Of a stretch of DNA of 64,000 bases, positions 42,196-56,960 are shown one piece after another. Origin of the DNA: Eledone cirrhosa. Taxonomy: Eukaryota. A program made the translations under genes and the position numbers. Below the pieces are notes generated by a model. It was given only the letters and a program-made list of their open reading frames with translations. It did not search any database and was not told the DNA's origin. The stretch's first letter is position 1. Every line of letters starts with the position of its first letter. The DNA is taken from NCBI GenBank assembly GCA_964016885.1, contig OZ024754.1:21328001-21392000 (forward strand), given 5' to 3'.

Positions 42196-42562
42196 TATAG
42201 CGGAGATTACTGGTTATATGAATGTAACAAAACGAGACAATGTTTGTGTATATAATATTTAATTAACGGTAGATAGAATACTTGACATGTCAAAGATAGA
42301 TGTTAGAATGAAACAAAGTTAGTAGTTACCGTTTTGATTGCCAGGCAAATGCGGCTGGCAGAGGGCGCCTGGCTAAGGCCAGGCGCCTGTTGGCCAAATT
42401 AATGGCAGAGCCAAATGAGAAGACTCTTGACCTGGTGCCGAAAAGGCAAAGAGAGAGAGGAAGCTTAAAGTTGTTAGTTTTATAGGGCTCTCACCGGAAG
42501 TTGCAGAAAGGGTTCCACTTCCCGTCTAGATCCCAATCAAAACAAGGGAGACAACCGCTACA
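42196..42562 (-). repeat. 5' LTR (367 bp)
   Basis: Adjacent to the PBS; direct repeat of 40568-40934. Confidence 0.95.
42478..42484 (-). promoter_or_regulatory. Candidate TATA box in the LTR U3 region
   Basis: The minus strand reads GCCC-TATAAAA ~80 nt into the LTR. A candidate polyA signal ATTAAA lies at 42258-42263 (minus), followed by a GT-rich tract. Confidence 0.55.
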
Positions 42563-43231
42563 AGTATATACTATATTAACTACAGTTTTAATAAATTGTC
42601 TAGATGTTAAGTATATACTCTATTAACCACAGTTTTAATAAATTGTCTAGATGTTAAGTATATACTATATTAACTACAGTTTTAATAAATTGTCTAAATG
42701 TTAAGTATATACTATATTAACTACAGTTTAAATAAATTGTCTAGATGTTAAGTATATACTATATTAACTACAGTTTTAATAAATTGTCTAGATGTTAAGT
42801 ATATACTATATTAACTACAGTTTTAATAAATTGTCTAGATGTTAAGTATATACTATATTAACTACAGTTTTAATAAATTGTTTAAATGTTAAGTATATAC
42901 TATATTAACTACAGTTTAAATAAATTGTCTAGATGTTAAGTATATACTATATTAACTACAGTTTTAATAAATTGTCTAGATGTTAAGTATATACTATATT
43001 AACTCCAGTTTTAATAAATTGTCTAGATGTTAAGTATATACTATATTAACTACAGTTTTAATAAATTGTCTAGATGTTAAGTATATACTATATTAACTAC
43101 AGTTTTAATAAATTGTCTAGATGTTAAGTATATACTATATTAACTACAGTTTTAATAAATTGTCTAGATGTTAAGTATATACTATATTAACTAGTTTTAA
43201 TAAATTGTCTAGATGTTAAGTATATACTATA

Positions 43232-44092
43232 CTAGCAGTAAAGCCCGGCGTTGCTCAGGGTCGCTCAGTAGCTGTGTTAAAGTTACAATGTTAAGTTTCT
43301 TTCTTGGCTTAAAAACTATAGTGTCTACTGTGCAGACTTGCATGTGGTGTTTTTGATTAATATTCCCTCAACCAACAATATGCCTTATGAAGTTAAGAAA
43401 ACATAACGATAACCCGAATGTTATAACAAAAGAGGATGCTGGGGATAGAAACTGCACTGGTTATTTATTAACAAAGATCGAAAATGTAAACACTGCAACG
43501 CAGAGAAAAACATTAACGTAACCAAATTATCAGTTATGTCTGTCTGCACGCCTATATCACCTCTCTGCACGACTGTCTGTCTGCACGCCTATATCACCTC
43601 TCTGCACGACTGTCTGTCTGCACGCGTATATCACCTCTCTGCACGACTGTCTGTCTGCACGCCTAACGACGAAATATTTGCTTGTTTTACGTAGTCTTTA
43701 AATAGACTTGTTTTCAAGTAAAAATATTGTTTTAAGATGCTTTTAAATGGAAATGAAGCAAAACGGAAGCTTAGTGTTCGAACTGATGAATTTTGGAGGT
43801 CAATATTTTGCTGGCTCGACAACTGTTAAAGCCAGCGTAATTTTTCACGTAAGACGCTCAATGTAAACAAAACAAAGGGAAATAACTGATAACTTACGCT
43901 CAAAAATCGATACATTATATTCGATTTCGTCACATAGGGTGGGTCAATTTGAAATTTTTTTTTTCCGATTTCTTCGCTAGGGCTCAATGTACAAGTATAG
44001 CAATTTCTGTGCAATTCCGTGAGAGATTCTAAGAGGAGATGTGTGCCAAAAATCGATAGACAGACAGACAACCACAGTTTTATATATATAGA
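43232..44092 (-). mobile_element. Non-autonomous Helitron, copy 16 (B)
   Basis: Same termini; B markers. Confidence 0.9.
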
Positions 44093-46450
44093 TTAACTAG
44101 TTTTAATAAATTGTCTAGATGTTAAGTATATACTATATTAACTACAGTTTTAATAAATTGTCTAGATGTTAAGTATATACTATATTAACTACAGTTTTAA
44201 TAAATTATCTAGATGTTAAGTATATACTATATTAACTACAGTTTTAATAAATTGTCTAGATGTTAAGTATATCCTATATTAACTAGTTTTAATAAATTGT
44301 CTAGATGTTAAGTATATACTCTATTAACCACAGTTTTAATAAATTGTCTAGATATTAAGTATATACTATATTAACTACAGTTTTAACAAATTATCTAGAT
44401 GTTAAGTATATACTATATTAACTAGGTTTAATAAATTGTCTAGATGTTAAGTATATACTATATTAACTAGTTTTAATAAATTGTCTAGATGTTAAGTATA
44501 TACTCTATTAACCACAGTTTTAATAAATTGTCTAGATATTAAGTATATACTATATTAACTACAGTTTTAACAAATTATCTAGATGTTAAGTATATACTAT
44601 ATTAACTAGGTTTAATAAATTGTCTAGATGTTAAGTATATACTATATTAACTAGTTTTAATAAATTGTCTAGATATTAAGTATATACTATATTAACTACA
44701 GTTTTAATAAATTGTCTAGATGTTAAGTATATACTATATTAACTACAGTTTTAATAAATTGTCTAGATGTTAAGTATATACTATATTAACTACAGTTTTA
44801 ATAAATTGTCTAGATGTTAAGTATATACAATATTAACTACAGTTTTAATAAATTGTCTAGATGTTAAGTATATACTATATTAACTAGTTTTAATAAATTG
44901 TCTAGATGTTGAGTATATACTCTATTAACCACAGTTTTAATAAATTGTCTAGATGTTAAGTATATACTATATTAACTAGTTTTAATAAATTGTCTAGATG
45001 TTAAGTATATACTATATTAACTAGTTTTAATAAATTGTCTAGATGTTAAGTATATACTATATTAACTAGTTTTAATAAATTGTCTAGATGTTAAGTAAAT
45101 ACTATATTAACTACAGTTTTAATAAATTGTCTAAATGTTAAGTATATACTATATTAACTACAGTTTAAATAAATTGTCTAGATGTTAAGTATATACTATA
45201 TTAACTACAGTTTTAATAAATTGTCTAGATGTTAAGTATATACTCTATTAACCACAGTTTTAATAAATTGTCTAGATGTTAAGTATATACTATATTAACT
45301 ACAGTTTTAATAAATTGTCTAAATGTTAAGTATATACTATATTAACTACAGTTTAAATAAATTGTCTAGATGTTAAGTATATACTATATTAACTACAGTT
45401 TTAATAAATTGTCTAGATGTTAAGTATATACTATATTAACTACAGTTTTAATAAATTGTCTAGATGTTAAGTATATACTATATTAACTACAGTTTTAATA
45501 AATTGTTTAAATGTTAAGTATATACTATATTAACTACAGTTTAAATAAATTGTCTAGATGTTAAGTATATACTATATTAACTACAGTTTTAATAAATTGT
45601 CTAGATGTTAAGTATATACTATATTAACTCCAGTTTTAATAAATTGTCTAGATGTTAAGTATATACTATATTAACTACAGTTTTAATAAATTGTCTAGAT
45701 GTTAAGTATATACTATATTAACTACAGTTTTAATAAATTGTCTCGATGTTAAGTATATACTATATTAACTAGTTTTAATAAATTGTCTAGATGTTAAGTA
45801 TATACTATATTAACTGCAGTTTTAATAAATTGTCTAGATGTTAAGTATATACTATATTAACTAGTTTTAATAAATCGTCTAGATATTAAGTATATACTAT
45901 ATTAACTACAGTTTTAATAAATTATCTAGATGTTAAGTATATACTATATTAACTACAGTTTTAATAAATTGTCTAGATGTTAAGTATATACTATATTAAC
46001 TACAGTTTTAATAAATTATCTAGATGTTAAGTATATACTATATTAACTAGTTTTAATAAATTGTCTAGATGTTAAGTATATACTATATTAACTAGTTTTA
46101 ATAAATTGTCTAGATATTAAGTATATACTATATTAACTACAGTTTTAATAAATTGTCTAGATGTTAAGTATATACTATATTAACTACAGTTTTAATAAAT
46201 TGTCTAGATGTTAAGTATATACTATATTAACTAGTTTTAATAAATTGTCTAGATGTTAAGTATATACTCTATTAACCACAGTTTTAATAAATTGTCTAGA
46301 TGTTAAGTATATACTATATTAACTACAGTTTTAATAAATTGTCTAAATGTTAAGTATATACTATATTAACTACAGTTTTAATAAATTGTCTAAATGTTAA
46401 GTATATACTATATTAACTACAGTTTAAATAAATTGTCTAGATGTTAAGTA

Positions 46451-47693
46451 TATAGCGGAGATTACTGGTTATATGAATGTAACAAAACGAGACAATGTTT
46501 GTGTATATAATATTTAATTAACGGTAGATAGAATACTTGACATGTCAAAGATAGATGTTAGAATGAAACAAAGTTAGTAGTTACCGTTTTGATTGCCAGG
46601 CAAATGCGGCTGGCAGAGGGCGCCTGGCTAAGGCCAGGCGCCTGTTGGCCAAATTAATGGCAGAGCCAAATGAGAAGACTCTTGACCTGGTGCCGAAAAG
46701 GCAAAGAGAGAGAGGAAGCTTAAAGTTGTTAGTTTTATAGGGCTCTCACCGGAAGTTGCAGAAAGGGTTCCACTTCCCGTCTAGATCCCAATCAAAACAA
46801 GGGAGACAACCGCTACATAACCTCCCGCCAGAATTTTAGTGTATAAAAATCGAAATGAAAATATGTAGCAAGTTGGCGAGAATGTTGTAACAGGCATGAA
46901 AATTACGACAAAAGAATGTTTGGAAAAATCAATGATAGATATCAAGGTAGCCAACCGCTCTTGGCCAGAGAACGACTGGACATCCATCTATCCATCACCC
47001 AAAGATACAATGTAATAAAGTAAAAGTAATAAAAGAGCTCAAAGTTCAAAATATAGTTCACAGGTGTGCAATCACATGACAGCGGGAAAGAAAGTGTTCC
47101 AGAGAATGAATGCAGGTGGTTTCTGTTCTGTGGTATATCGTGAAATTTCCAACCTCCGAATGGATTTTCTCACAGGAAGAGTGCTGCAAAAATAAATTCT
47201 CTGGCTTTGGTGAAGCTGTGTTGATGTATTGCTGTTGCTGTTATATTGCTGTTGCTGCTGCTGTTGTCTCGCTGAGTGAGCGTATTCGGTGTTTAAATTC
47301 ACAGTAAAAAAATTTTTTTTTAGAAAAAAATTAGTTGCGCAAAGTGCTAGAAATAGCAGCCGAAGTTGATGGTCGATGTTGAGAATGCGTTGACCTGGAA
47401 GGGTCAAGAGGCCAGCGACCAGAGAAATAAGCATTCTTAATAAATGCGCGGTTATCAACGGTAAATTTACATTGTAAATTTATAAACCGGCAAATAGAAG
47501 AATATAGCTTAAGGCTGAAGAATCCCTGGTGATAAATGGCGTGCGGCTGTCTGTGAGAAGAGACATCTCAGTGAATCGAGAATTTATGCTGCCTACACGT
47601 GCCAATACAAGGTTGAAAAAAAATATTTCTAACGCGCGAGAAAATGATAGTGCAATTTTGAAAGTGACAATGATGAAATGTTTTTTAAAGAAT

Positions 47694-47735
<42 letters not shown>

Positions 47736-48443
47736 GTTTTGAAAGAGTTCGTTGTAAGAAACGAGAAACATATATATATATCGTGAGATGTTTTTTTTTT
47801 GTTTTGAAAGTGTTCGTTGTAAGAAACGAGAAACATATATATATATATTGGTGAAATGCGACAGTTAATTGATGCGTGAGAGAAAAAGTATGTCTGTGCG
47901 AATTCCACATGTGCGTGTGTGCGTGTCCTTGAGTATTTTCATAGTTTGTCGCTAAATTTGCTGTGTATTCGTAATGTTACTCACAAAACCAGATGTGCTA
48001 TTTTTTTCTTTTTTGGGGGGGGTGACCACTTATAGCGATGAACGGCTGCGTGTTCGTATCACGTCGGGGTCACCAATATAGCGGAGATTACTGGTTATAT
48101 GAATGTAACAAAACGAGACAATGTTTGTGTATATAATATTTAATTAACGGTAGATAGAATACTTGACATGTCAAAGATAGATGTTAGAATGAAACAAAGT
48201 TAGTAGTTACCGTTTTGATTGCCAGGCAAATGCGGCTGGCAGAGGGCGCCTGGCTAAGGCCAGGCGCCTGTTGGCCAAATTAATGGCAGAGCCAAATGAG
48301 AAGACTCTTGACCTGGTGCCGAAAAGGCAAAGAGAGAGAGGAAGCTTAAAGTTGTTAGTTTTATAGGGCTCTCACCGGAAGTTGCAGAAAGGGTTCCACT
48401 TCCCGTCTAGATCCCAATCAAAACAAGGGAGACAACCGCTACA
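46451..48443 (-). mobile_element. Non-autonomous LTR retrotransposon, copy 2
   Basis: LTRs at 46451-46817 and 48077-48443; same AGTA TSD, PBS and PPT. Confidence 0.95.
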
Positions 48444-49112
48444 AGTATATACTATATTAACTACAGTTTTAATAAATTGTCTAGATGTTAAGTATATACT
48501 CTATTAACCACAGTTTTAATAAATTGTCTAGATGTTAAGTATATACTATATTAACTACAGTTTTAATAAATTGTCTAAATGTTAAGTATATACTATATTA
48601 ACTACAGTTTAAATAAATTGTCTAGATGTTAAGTATATACTATATTAACTACAGTTTTAATAAATTGTCTAGATGTTAAGTATATACTATATTAACTACA
48701 GTTTTAATAAATTGTCTAGATGTTAAGTATATACTATATTAACTACAGTTTTAATAAATTGTTTAAATGTTAAGTATATACTATATTAACTACAGTTTAA
48801 ATAAATTGTCTAGATGTTAAGTATATACTATATTAACTACAGTTTTAATAAATTGTCTAGATGTTAAGTATATACTATATTAACTCCAGTTTTAATAAAT
48901 TGTCTAGATGTTAAGTATATACTATATTAACTACAGTTTTAATAAATTGTCTAGATGTTAAGTATATACTATATTAACTACAGTTTTAATAAATTGTCTA
49001 GATGTTAAGTATATACTATATTAACTACAGTTTTAATAAATTGTCTAGATGTTAAGTATATACTATATTAACTAGTTTTAATAAATTGTCTAGATGTTAA
49101 GTATATACTATA

Positions 49113-49969
49113 CTAGCAGTAAAGCCCGGCGTTGCTCAGGGTCGCTCAGTAGCTGTGTTAAAGTTACAATGTTAAGTTTCTTTCTTGGCTTAAAAACTAT
49201 AGTGTCTACTGTGCAGACTTGCATGTGGTGTTTTTGATTAATATTCCCTCAACCAACAATATGCCTTATGAAGTTAAGAAAACATAACGATAACCCGAAT
49301 GTTATAACAAAAGAGGATGCTGGGGATAGAAACTGCACTGGTTATTTATTAACAAAGATCGAAAATGTAAACACTGCAACGCAGAGAAAAACATTAACGT
49401 AACCAAATTATCAGTTATGTCTGTCTGCACGCCTATATCACCTCTCTGCACGACTGTCTGTCTGCACGCCTATATCACCTCTCTGCACGACTGTCTGTCT
49501 GCACGCGTATATCACCTCTCTGCACGACTGTCTGTACGCCTAACGACGAAATATTTGCTTGTTTTACGTAGTCTTTAAATAGACTTGTTTTCAAGTAAAA
49601 ATATTGTTTTAAGATGCTTTTAAATGGAAATGAAGCAAAACGGAAGCTTAGTGTTCGAACTGATGAATTTTGGAGGTCAATATTTTGCTGGCTCGACAAC
49701 TGTTAAAGCCAGCGTAATTTTTCACGTAAGACGCTCAATGTAAACAAAACAAAGGGAAATAACTGATAACTTACGCTCAAAAATCGATACATTATATTCG
49801 ATTTCGTCACATAGGGTGGGTCAATTTGAAATTTTTTTTTTCCGATTTCTTCGCTAGGGCTCAATGTACAAGTATAGCAATTTCGGTGCAATTCCGTGAG
49901 AGATTCTAAGAGGAGATGTGTGCCAAAAATCGATAGACAGACAGACAACCACAGTTTTATATATATAGA
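49113..49969 (-). mobile_element. Non-autonomous Helitron, copy 17 (B)
   Basis: Same termini; 4-bp deletion in the minisatellite tail. Confidence 0.9.
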
Positions 49970-51311
49970 TTAACTAGTTTTAATAAATTGTCTAGATGTT
50001 AAGTATATACTATATTAACTACAGTTTTAATAAATTGTCTAGATGTTAAGTATATACTATATTAACTAGTTTTAATAAATTGTCTAGATGTTAAGTAAAT
50101 ACTATATTAACTACAGTTTTAATAAATTGTCTAAATGTTAAGTATATACTATATTAACTACAGTTTAAATAAATTGTCTAGATGTTAAGTATATACTATA
50201 TTAACTACAGTTTTAATAAATTGTCTAGATGTTAAGTATATACTCTATTAACCACAGTTTTAATAAATTGTCTAGATGTTAAGTATATACTATATTAACT
50301 ACAGTTTTAATAAATTGTCTAAATGTTAAGTATATACTATATTAACTACAGTTTAAATAAATTGTCTAGATGTTAAGTATATACTATATTAACTACAGTT
50401 TTAATAAATTGTCTAGATGTTAAGTATATACTATATTAACTACAGTTTTAATAAATTGTCTAGATGTTAAGTATATACTATATTAACTACAGTTTTAATA
50501 AATTGTTTAAATGTTAAGTATATACTATATTAACTACAGTTTAAATAAATTGTCTAGATGTTAAGTATATACTATATTAACTACAGTTTTAATAAATTGT
50601 CTAGATGTTAAGTATATACTATATTAACTCCAGTTTTAATAAATTGTCTAGATGTTAAGTATATACTATATTAACTGCAGTTTTAATAAATTGTCTAGAT
50701 GTTAAGTATATACTATATTAACTAGTTTTAATAAATCGTCTAGATATTAAGTATATACTATATTAACTACAGTTTTAATAAATTATCTAGATGTTAAGTA
50801 TATACTATATTAACTACAGTTTTAATAAATTGTCTAGATGTTAAGTATATACTATATTAACTACAGTTTTAATAAATTATCTAGATGTTAAGTATATACT
50901 ATATTAACTAGTTTTAATAAATTGTCTAGATGTTAAGTATATACTATATTAACTAGTTTTAATAAATTGTCTAGATATTAAGTATATACTATATTAACTA
51001 CAGTTTTAATAAATTGTCTAGATGTTAAGTATATACTATATTAACTACAGTTTTAATAAATTGTCTAGATGTTAAGTATATACTATATTAACTAGTTTTA
51101 ATAAATTGTCTAGATGTTAAGTATATACTCTATTAACCACAGTTTTAATAAATTGTCTAGATGTTAAGTATATACTATATTAACTACAGTTTTAATAAAT
51201 TGTCTAAATGTTAAGTATATACTATATTAACTACAGTTTTAATAAATTGTCTAAATGTTAAGTATATACTATATTAACTACAGTTTAAATAAATTGTCTA
51301 GATGTTAAGTA

Positions 51312-52554
51312 TATAGCGGAGATTACTGGTTATATGAATGTAACAAAACGAGACAATGTTTGTGTATATAATATTTAATTAACGGTAGATAGAATACTTG
51401 ACATGTCAAAGATAGATGTTAGAATGAAACAAAGTTAGTAGTTACCGTTTTGATTGCCAGGCAAATGCGGCTGGCAGAGGGTGCCTGGCTAAGGCCAGGC
51501 GCCTGTTGGCCAAATTAATGGCAGAGCCAAATGAGAAGACTCTTGACCTGGTGCCGAAAAGGCAAAGAGAGAGAGGAAGCTTAAAGTTGTTAGTTTTATA
51601 GGGCTCTCACCGGAAGTTGCAGAAAGGGTTCCACTTCCCGTCTAGATCCCAATCAAAACAAGGGAGACAACCGCTACATAACCTCCCGCCAGAATTTTAG
51701 TGTATAAAAATCGAAATGAAAATATGTAGCAAGTTGGCGAGAATGTTGTAACAGGCATGAAAATTACGACAAAAGAATGTTTGGAAAAATCAATGATAGA
51801 TATCAAGGTAGCCAACCGCTCTTGGCCAGAGAACGACTGGACATCCATCTATCCATCACCCAAAGATACAATGTAATAAAGTAAAAGTAATAAAAGAGCT
51901 CAAAGTTCAAAATATAGTTCACAGGTGTGCAATCACATGACAGCGGGAAAGAAAGTGTTCCAGAGAATGAATGCAGGTGGTTTCTGTTCTGTGGTATATC
52001 GTGAAATTTCCAACCTCCGAATGGATTTTCTCACAGGAAGAGTGCTGCAAAAATAAATTCTCTGGCTTTGGTGAAGCTGTGTTGATGTATTGCTGTTGCT
52101 GTTATATTGCTGTTGCTGCTGCTGTTGTCTCGCTGAGTGAGCGTATTCGGTGTTTAAATTCACAGTAAAAAAATTTTTTTTTAGAAAAAAATGAGTTGCG
52201 CAAAGTGCTAGAAATAGCAGCCGAAGTTGATGGTCGATGTTGAGAATGCGTTGACCTGGAAGGGTCAAGAGGCCAGCGACCAGAGAAATAAGCATTCTTA
52301 ATAAATGCGCGGTTATCAACGGTAAATTTACATTGTAAATTTATAAACCGGCAAATAGAAGAATATAGCTTAAGGCTGAAGAATCCCTGGTGATAAATGG
52401 CGTGCGGCTGTCTGTGAGAAGAGACATCTCAGTGAATCGAGAATTTATGCTGCCTACACGTGCCAATACAAGGTTGAAAAAAAATATTTCTAACGCGCGA
52501 GAAAATGATAGTGCAATTTTGAAAGTGACAATGATGAAATGTTTTTTAAAGAAT

Positions 52555-52597
<43 letters not shown>

Positions 52598-53303
52598 GTT
52601 TTGAAAGAGTTCGTTGTAAGAAACGAGAAACATATATATATATCGTGAAATGTTTTTTTTTTGTTTTGAAAGTGTTCGTTGTAAGAAACGAGAAACATAT
52701 ATATATATTGGTGAAATGCGACAGTTAATTGATGCGTGAGAGAAAAAGTATGTCTGTGCGAATTCCACATGTGCGTGTGTGCGTGTCCTTGAGTATTTTC
52801 ATAGTTTGTCGCTAAATTTGCTGTGTATTCGTAATGTTACTCACAAAACCAGATGTGCTATTTTTTTCTTTTTTTGGGGGGGTGACCACTTATAGCGATG
52901 AACGGCTGCGTGTTCGTATCACGTCGGGGTCACCAATATAGCGGAGATTACTGGTTATATGAATGTAACAAAACGAGACAATGTTTGTGTATATAATATT
53001 TAATTAACGGTAGATAGAATACTTGACATGTCAAAGATAGATGTTAGAATGAAACAAAGTTAGTAGTTACCGTTTTGATTGCCAGGCAAATGCGGCTGGC
53101 AGAGGGCGCCTGGCTAAGGCCAGGCGCCTGTTGGCCAAATTAATGGCAGAGCCAAATGAGAAGACTCTTGACCTGGTGCCGAAAAGGCAAAGAGAGAGAG
53201 GAAGCTTAAAGTTGTTAGTTTTATAGGGCTCTCACCGGAAGTTGCAGAAAGGGTTCCACTTCCCGTCTAGATCCCAATCAAAACAAGGGAGACAACCGCT
53301 ACA
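51312..53303 (-). mobile_element. Non-autonomous LTR retrotransposon, copy 3
   Basis: LTRs at 51312-51678 and 52937-53303; same TSD. One C>T at 51482 in the left LTR. Confidence 0.95.
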
Positions 53304-53972
53304 AGTATATACTATATTAACTACAGTTTTAATAAATTGTCTAGATGTTAAGTATATACTCTATTAACCACAGTTTTAATAAATTGTCTAGATGTTAAGT
53401 ATATACTATATTAACTACAGTTTTAATAAATTGTCTAAATGTTAAGTATATACTATATTAACTACAGTTTAAATAAATTGTCTAGATGTTAAGTATATAC
53501 TATATTAACTACAGTTTTAATAAATTGTCTAGATGTTAAGTATATACTATATTAACTACAGTTTTAATAAATTGTCTAGATGTTAAGTATATACTATATT
53601 AACTACAGTTTTAATAAATTGTTTAAATGTTAAGTATATACTATATTAACTACAGTTTAAATAAATTGTCTAGATGTTAAGTATATACTATATTAACTAC
53701 AGTTTTAATAAATTGTCTAGATGTTAAGTATATACTATATTAACTCCAGTTTTAATAAATTGTCTAGATGTTAAGTATATACTATATTAACTACAGTTTT
53801 AATAAATTGTCTAGATGTTAAGTATATACTATATTAACTACAGTTTTAATAAATTGTCTAGATGTTAAGTATATACTATATTAACTACAGTTTTAATAAA
53901 TTGTCTAGATGTTAAGTATATACTATATTAACTAGTTTTAATAAATTGTCTAGATGTTAAGTATATACTATA

Positions 53973-54833
53973 CTAGCAGTAAAGCCCGGCGTTGCTCAGG
54001 GTCGCTCAGTAGCTGTGTTAAAGTTACAATGTTAAGTTTCTTTCTTGGCTTAAAAACTATAGTGTCTACTGTGCAGACTTGCATGTGGTGTTTTTGATTA
54101 ATATTCCCTCAACCAACAATATGCCTTATGAAGTTAAGAAAACATAACGATAACCCGAATGTTATAACAAAAGAGGATGCTGGGGATAGAAACTGCACTG
54201 GTTATTTATTAACAAAGATCGAAAATGTAAACACTGCAACGCAGAGAAAAACATTAACGTAACCAAATTATCAGTTATGTCTGTCTGCACGCCTATATCA
54301 CCTCTCTGCACGACTGTCTGTCTGCACGCCTATATCACCTCTCTGCACGACTGTCTGTCTGCACGCGTATATCACCTCTCTGCACGACTGTCTGTCTGCA
54401 CGCCTAACGACGAAATATTTGCTTGTTTTACGTAGTCTTTAAATAGACTTGTTTTCAAGTAAAAATATTGTTTTAAGATGCTTTTAAATGGAAATGAAGC
54501 AAAACGGAAGCTTAGTGTTCGAACTGATGAATTTTGGAGGTCAATATTTTGCTGGCTCGACAACTGTTAAAGCCAGCGTAATTTTTCACGTAAGACGCTC
54601 AATGTAAACAAAACAAAGGGAAATAACTGATAACTTACGCTCAAAAATCGATACATTATATTCGATTTCGTCACATAGGGTGGGTCAATTTGAAATTTTT
54701 TTTTTCCGATTTCTTCGCTAGGGCTCAATGTACAAGTATAGCAATTTCGGTGCAATTCCGTGAGAGATTCTAAGAGGAGATGTGTGCCAAAAATCGATAG
54801 ACAGACAGACAACCACAGTTTTATATATATAGA
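53973..54833 (-). mobile_element. Non-autonomous Helitron, copy 18 (B)
   Basis: Same termini; B markers. Confidence 0.9.
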
Positions 54834-56960
54834 TTAACTAGTTTTAATAAATTGTCTAGATGTTAAGTATATACTATATTAACTACAGTTTTAATAAATT
54901 GTCTAGATGTTAAGTATATACTATATTAACTACAGTTTTAATAAATTATCTAGATGTTAAGTATATACTATATTAACTACAGTTTTAATAAATTGTCTAG
55001 ATGTTAAGTATATCCTATATTAACTAGTTTTAATAAATTGTCTAGATGTTAAGTATATACTCTATTAACCACAGTTTTAATAAATTGTCTAGATATTAAG
55101 TATATACTATATTAACTACAGTTTTAACAAATTATCTAGATGTTAAGTATATACTATATTAACTAGGTTTAATAAATTGTCTAGATGTTAAGTATATACT
55201 ATATTAACTAGTTTTAATAAATTGTCTAGATATTAAGTATATACTATATTAACTACAGTTTTAATAAATTGTCTAGATGTTAAGTATATACTATATTAAC
55301 TACAGTTTTAATAAATTGTCTAGATGTTAAGTATATACTATATTAACTACAGTTTTAATAAATTGTCTAGATGTTAAGTATATACAATATTAACTACAGT
55401 TTTAATAAATTGTCTAGATGTTAAGTATATACTATATTAACTAGTTTTAATAAATTGTCTAGATGTTGAGTATATACTCTATTAACCACAGTTTTAATAA
55501 ATTGTCTAGATGTTAAGTATATACTATATTAACTAGTTTTAATAAATTGTCTAGATGTTAAGTATATACTATATTAACTAGTTTTAATAAATTGTCTAGA
55601 TGTTAAGTATATACTATATTAACTAGTTTTAATAAATTGTCTAGATGTTAAGTAAATACTATATTAACTACAGTTTTAATAAATTGTCTAAATGTTAAGT
55701 ATATACTATATTAACTACAGTTTAAATAAATTGTCTAGATGTTAAGTATATACTATATTAACCACAGTTTTAATAAATTGTCTAGATGTTAAGTATATAC
55801 TATATTAACTACAGTTTTAATAAATTGTCTAAATGTTAAGTATATACTATATTAACTACAGTTTAAATAAATTGTCTAGATGTTAAGTATATACTATATT
55901 AACTACAGTTTTAATAAATTGTCTAGATGTTAAGTATATACTATATTAACTACAGTTTTAATAAATTGTCTAGATGTTAAGTATATACTATATTAACTAC
56001 AGTTTTAATAAATTGTTTAAATGTTAAGTATATACTATATTAACTACAGTTTAAATAAATTGTCTAGATGTTAAGTATATACTATATTAACTACAGTTTT
56101 AATAAATTGTCTAGATGTTAAGTATATACTATATTAACTCCAGTTTTAATAAATTGTCTAGATGTTAAGTATATACTATATTAACTACAGTTTTAATAAA
56201 TTGTCTAGATGTTAAGTATATACTATATTAACTACAGTTTTAATAAATTGTCTCGATGTTAAGTATATACTATATTAACTAGTTTTAATAAATTGTCTAG
56301 ATGTTAAGTATATACTATATTAACTGCAGTTTTAATAAATTGTCTAGATGTTAAGTATATACTATATTAACTAGTTTTAATAAATCGTCTAGATATTAAG
56401 TATATACTATATTAACTACAGTTTTAATAAATTATCTAGATGTTAAGTATATACTATATTAACTACAGTTTTAATAAATTGTCTAGATGTTAAGTATATA
56501 CTATATTAACTACAGTTTTAATAAATTATCTAGATGTTAAGTATATACTATATTAACTAGTTTTAATAAATTGTCTAGATGTTAAGTATATACTATATTA
56601 ACTAGTTTTAATAAATTGTCTAGATATTAAGTATATACTATATTAACTACAGTTTTAATAAATTGTCTAGATGTTAAGTATATACTATATTAACTACAGT
56701 TTTAATAAATTGTCTAGATGTTAAGTATATACTATATTAACTAGTTTTAATAAATTGTCTAGATGTTAAGTATATACTCTATTAACCACAGTTTTAATAA
56801 ATTGTCTAGATGTTAAGTATATACTATATTAACTACAGTTTTAATAAATTGTCTAAATGTTAAGTATATACTATATTAACTACAGTTTTAATAAATTGTC
56901 TAAATGTTAAGTATATACTATATTAACTACAGTTTAAATAAATTGTCTAGATGTTAAGTA

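Larger units (their letters stand above)
40568..42562 (-). mobile_element. Non-autonomous LTR retrotransposon, copy 1 (1995 bp; probably Gypsy-related, TRIM/LARD-like)
   Basis: 367-bp direct repeats at 40568-40934 and 42196-42562. On minus, the LTR termini are TGTAGCGG...CCGCTATA (7/8 inverted repeat). 4-bp TSD AGTA at 40564-40567 and 42563-42566. PBS and PPT are correctly placed. The 1261-bp interior has no recognisable gag/pol. The superfamily assignment is inference. Confidence 0.95.
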
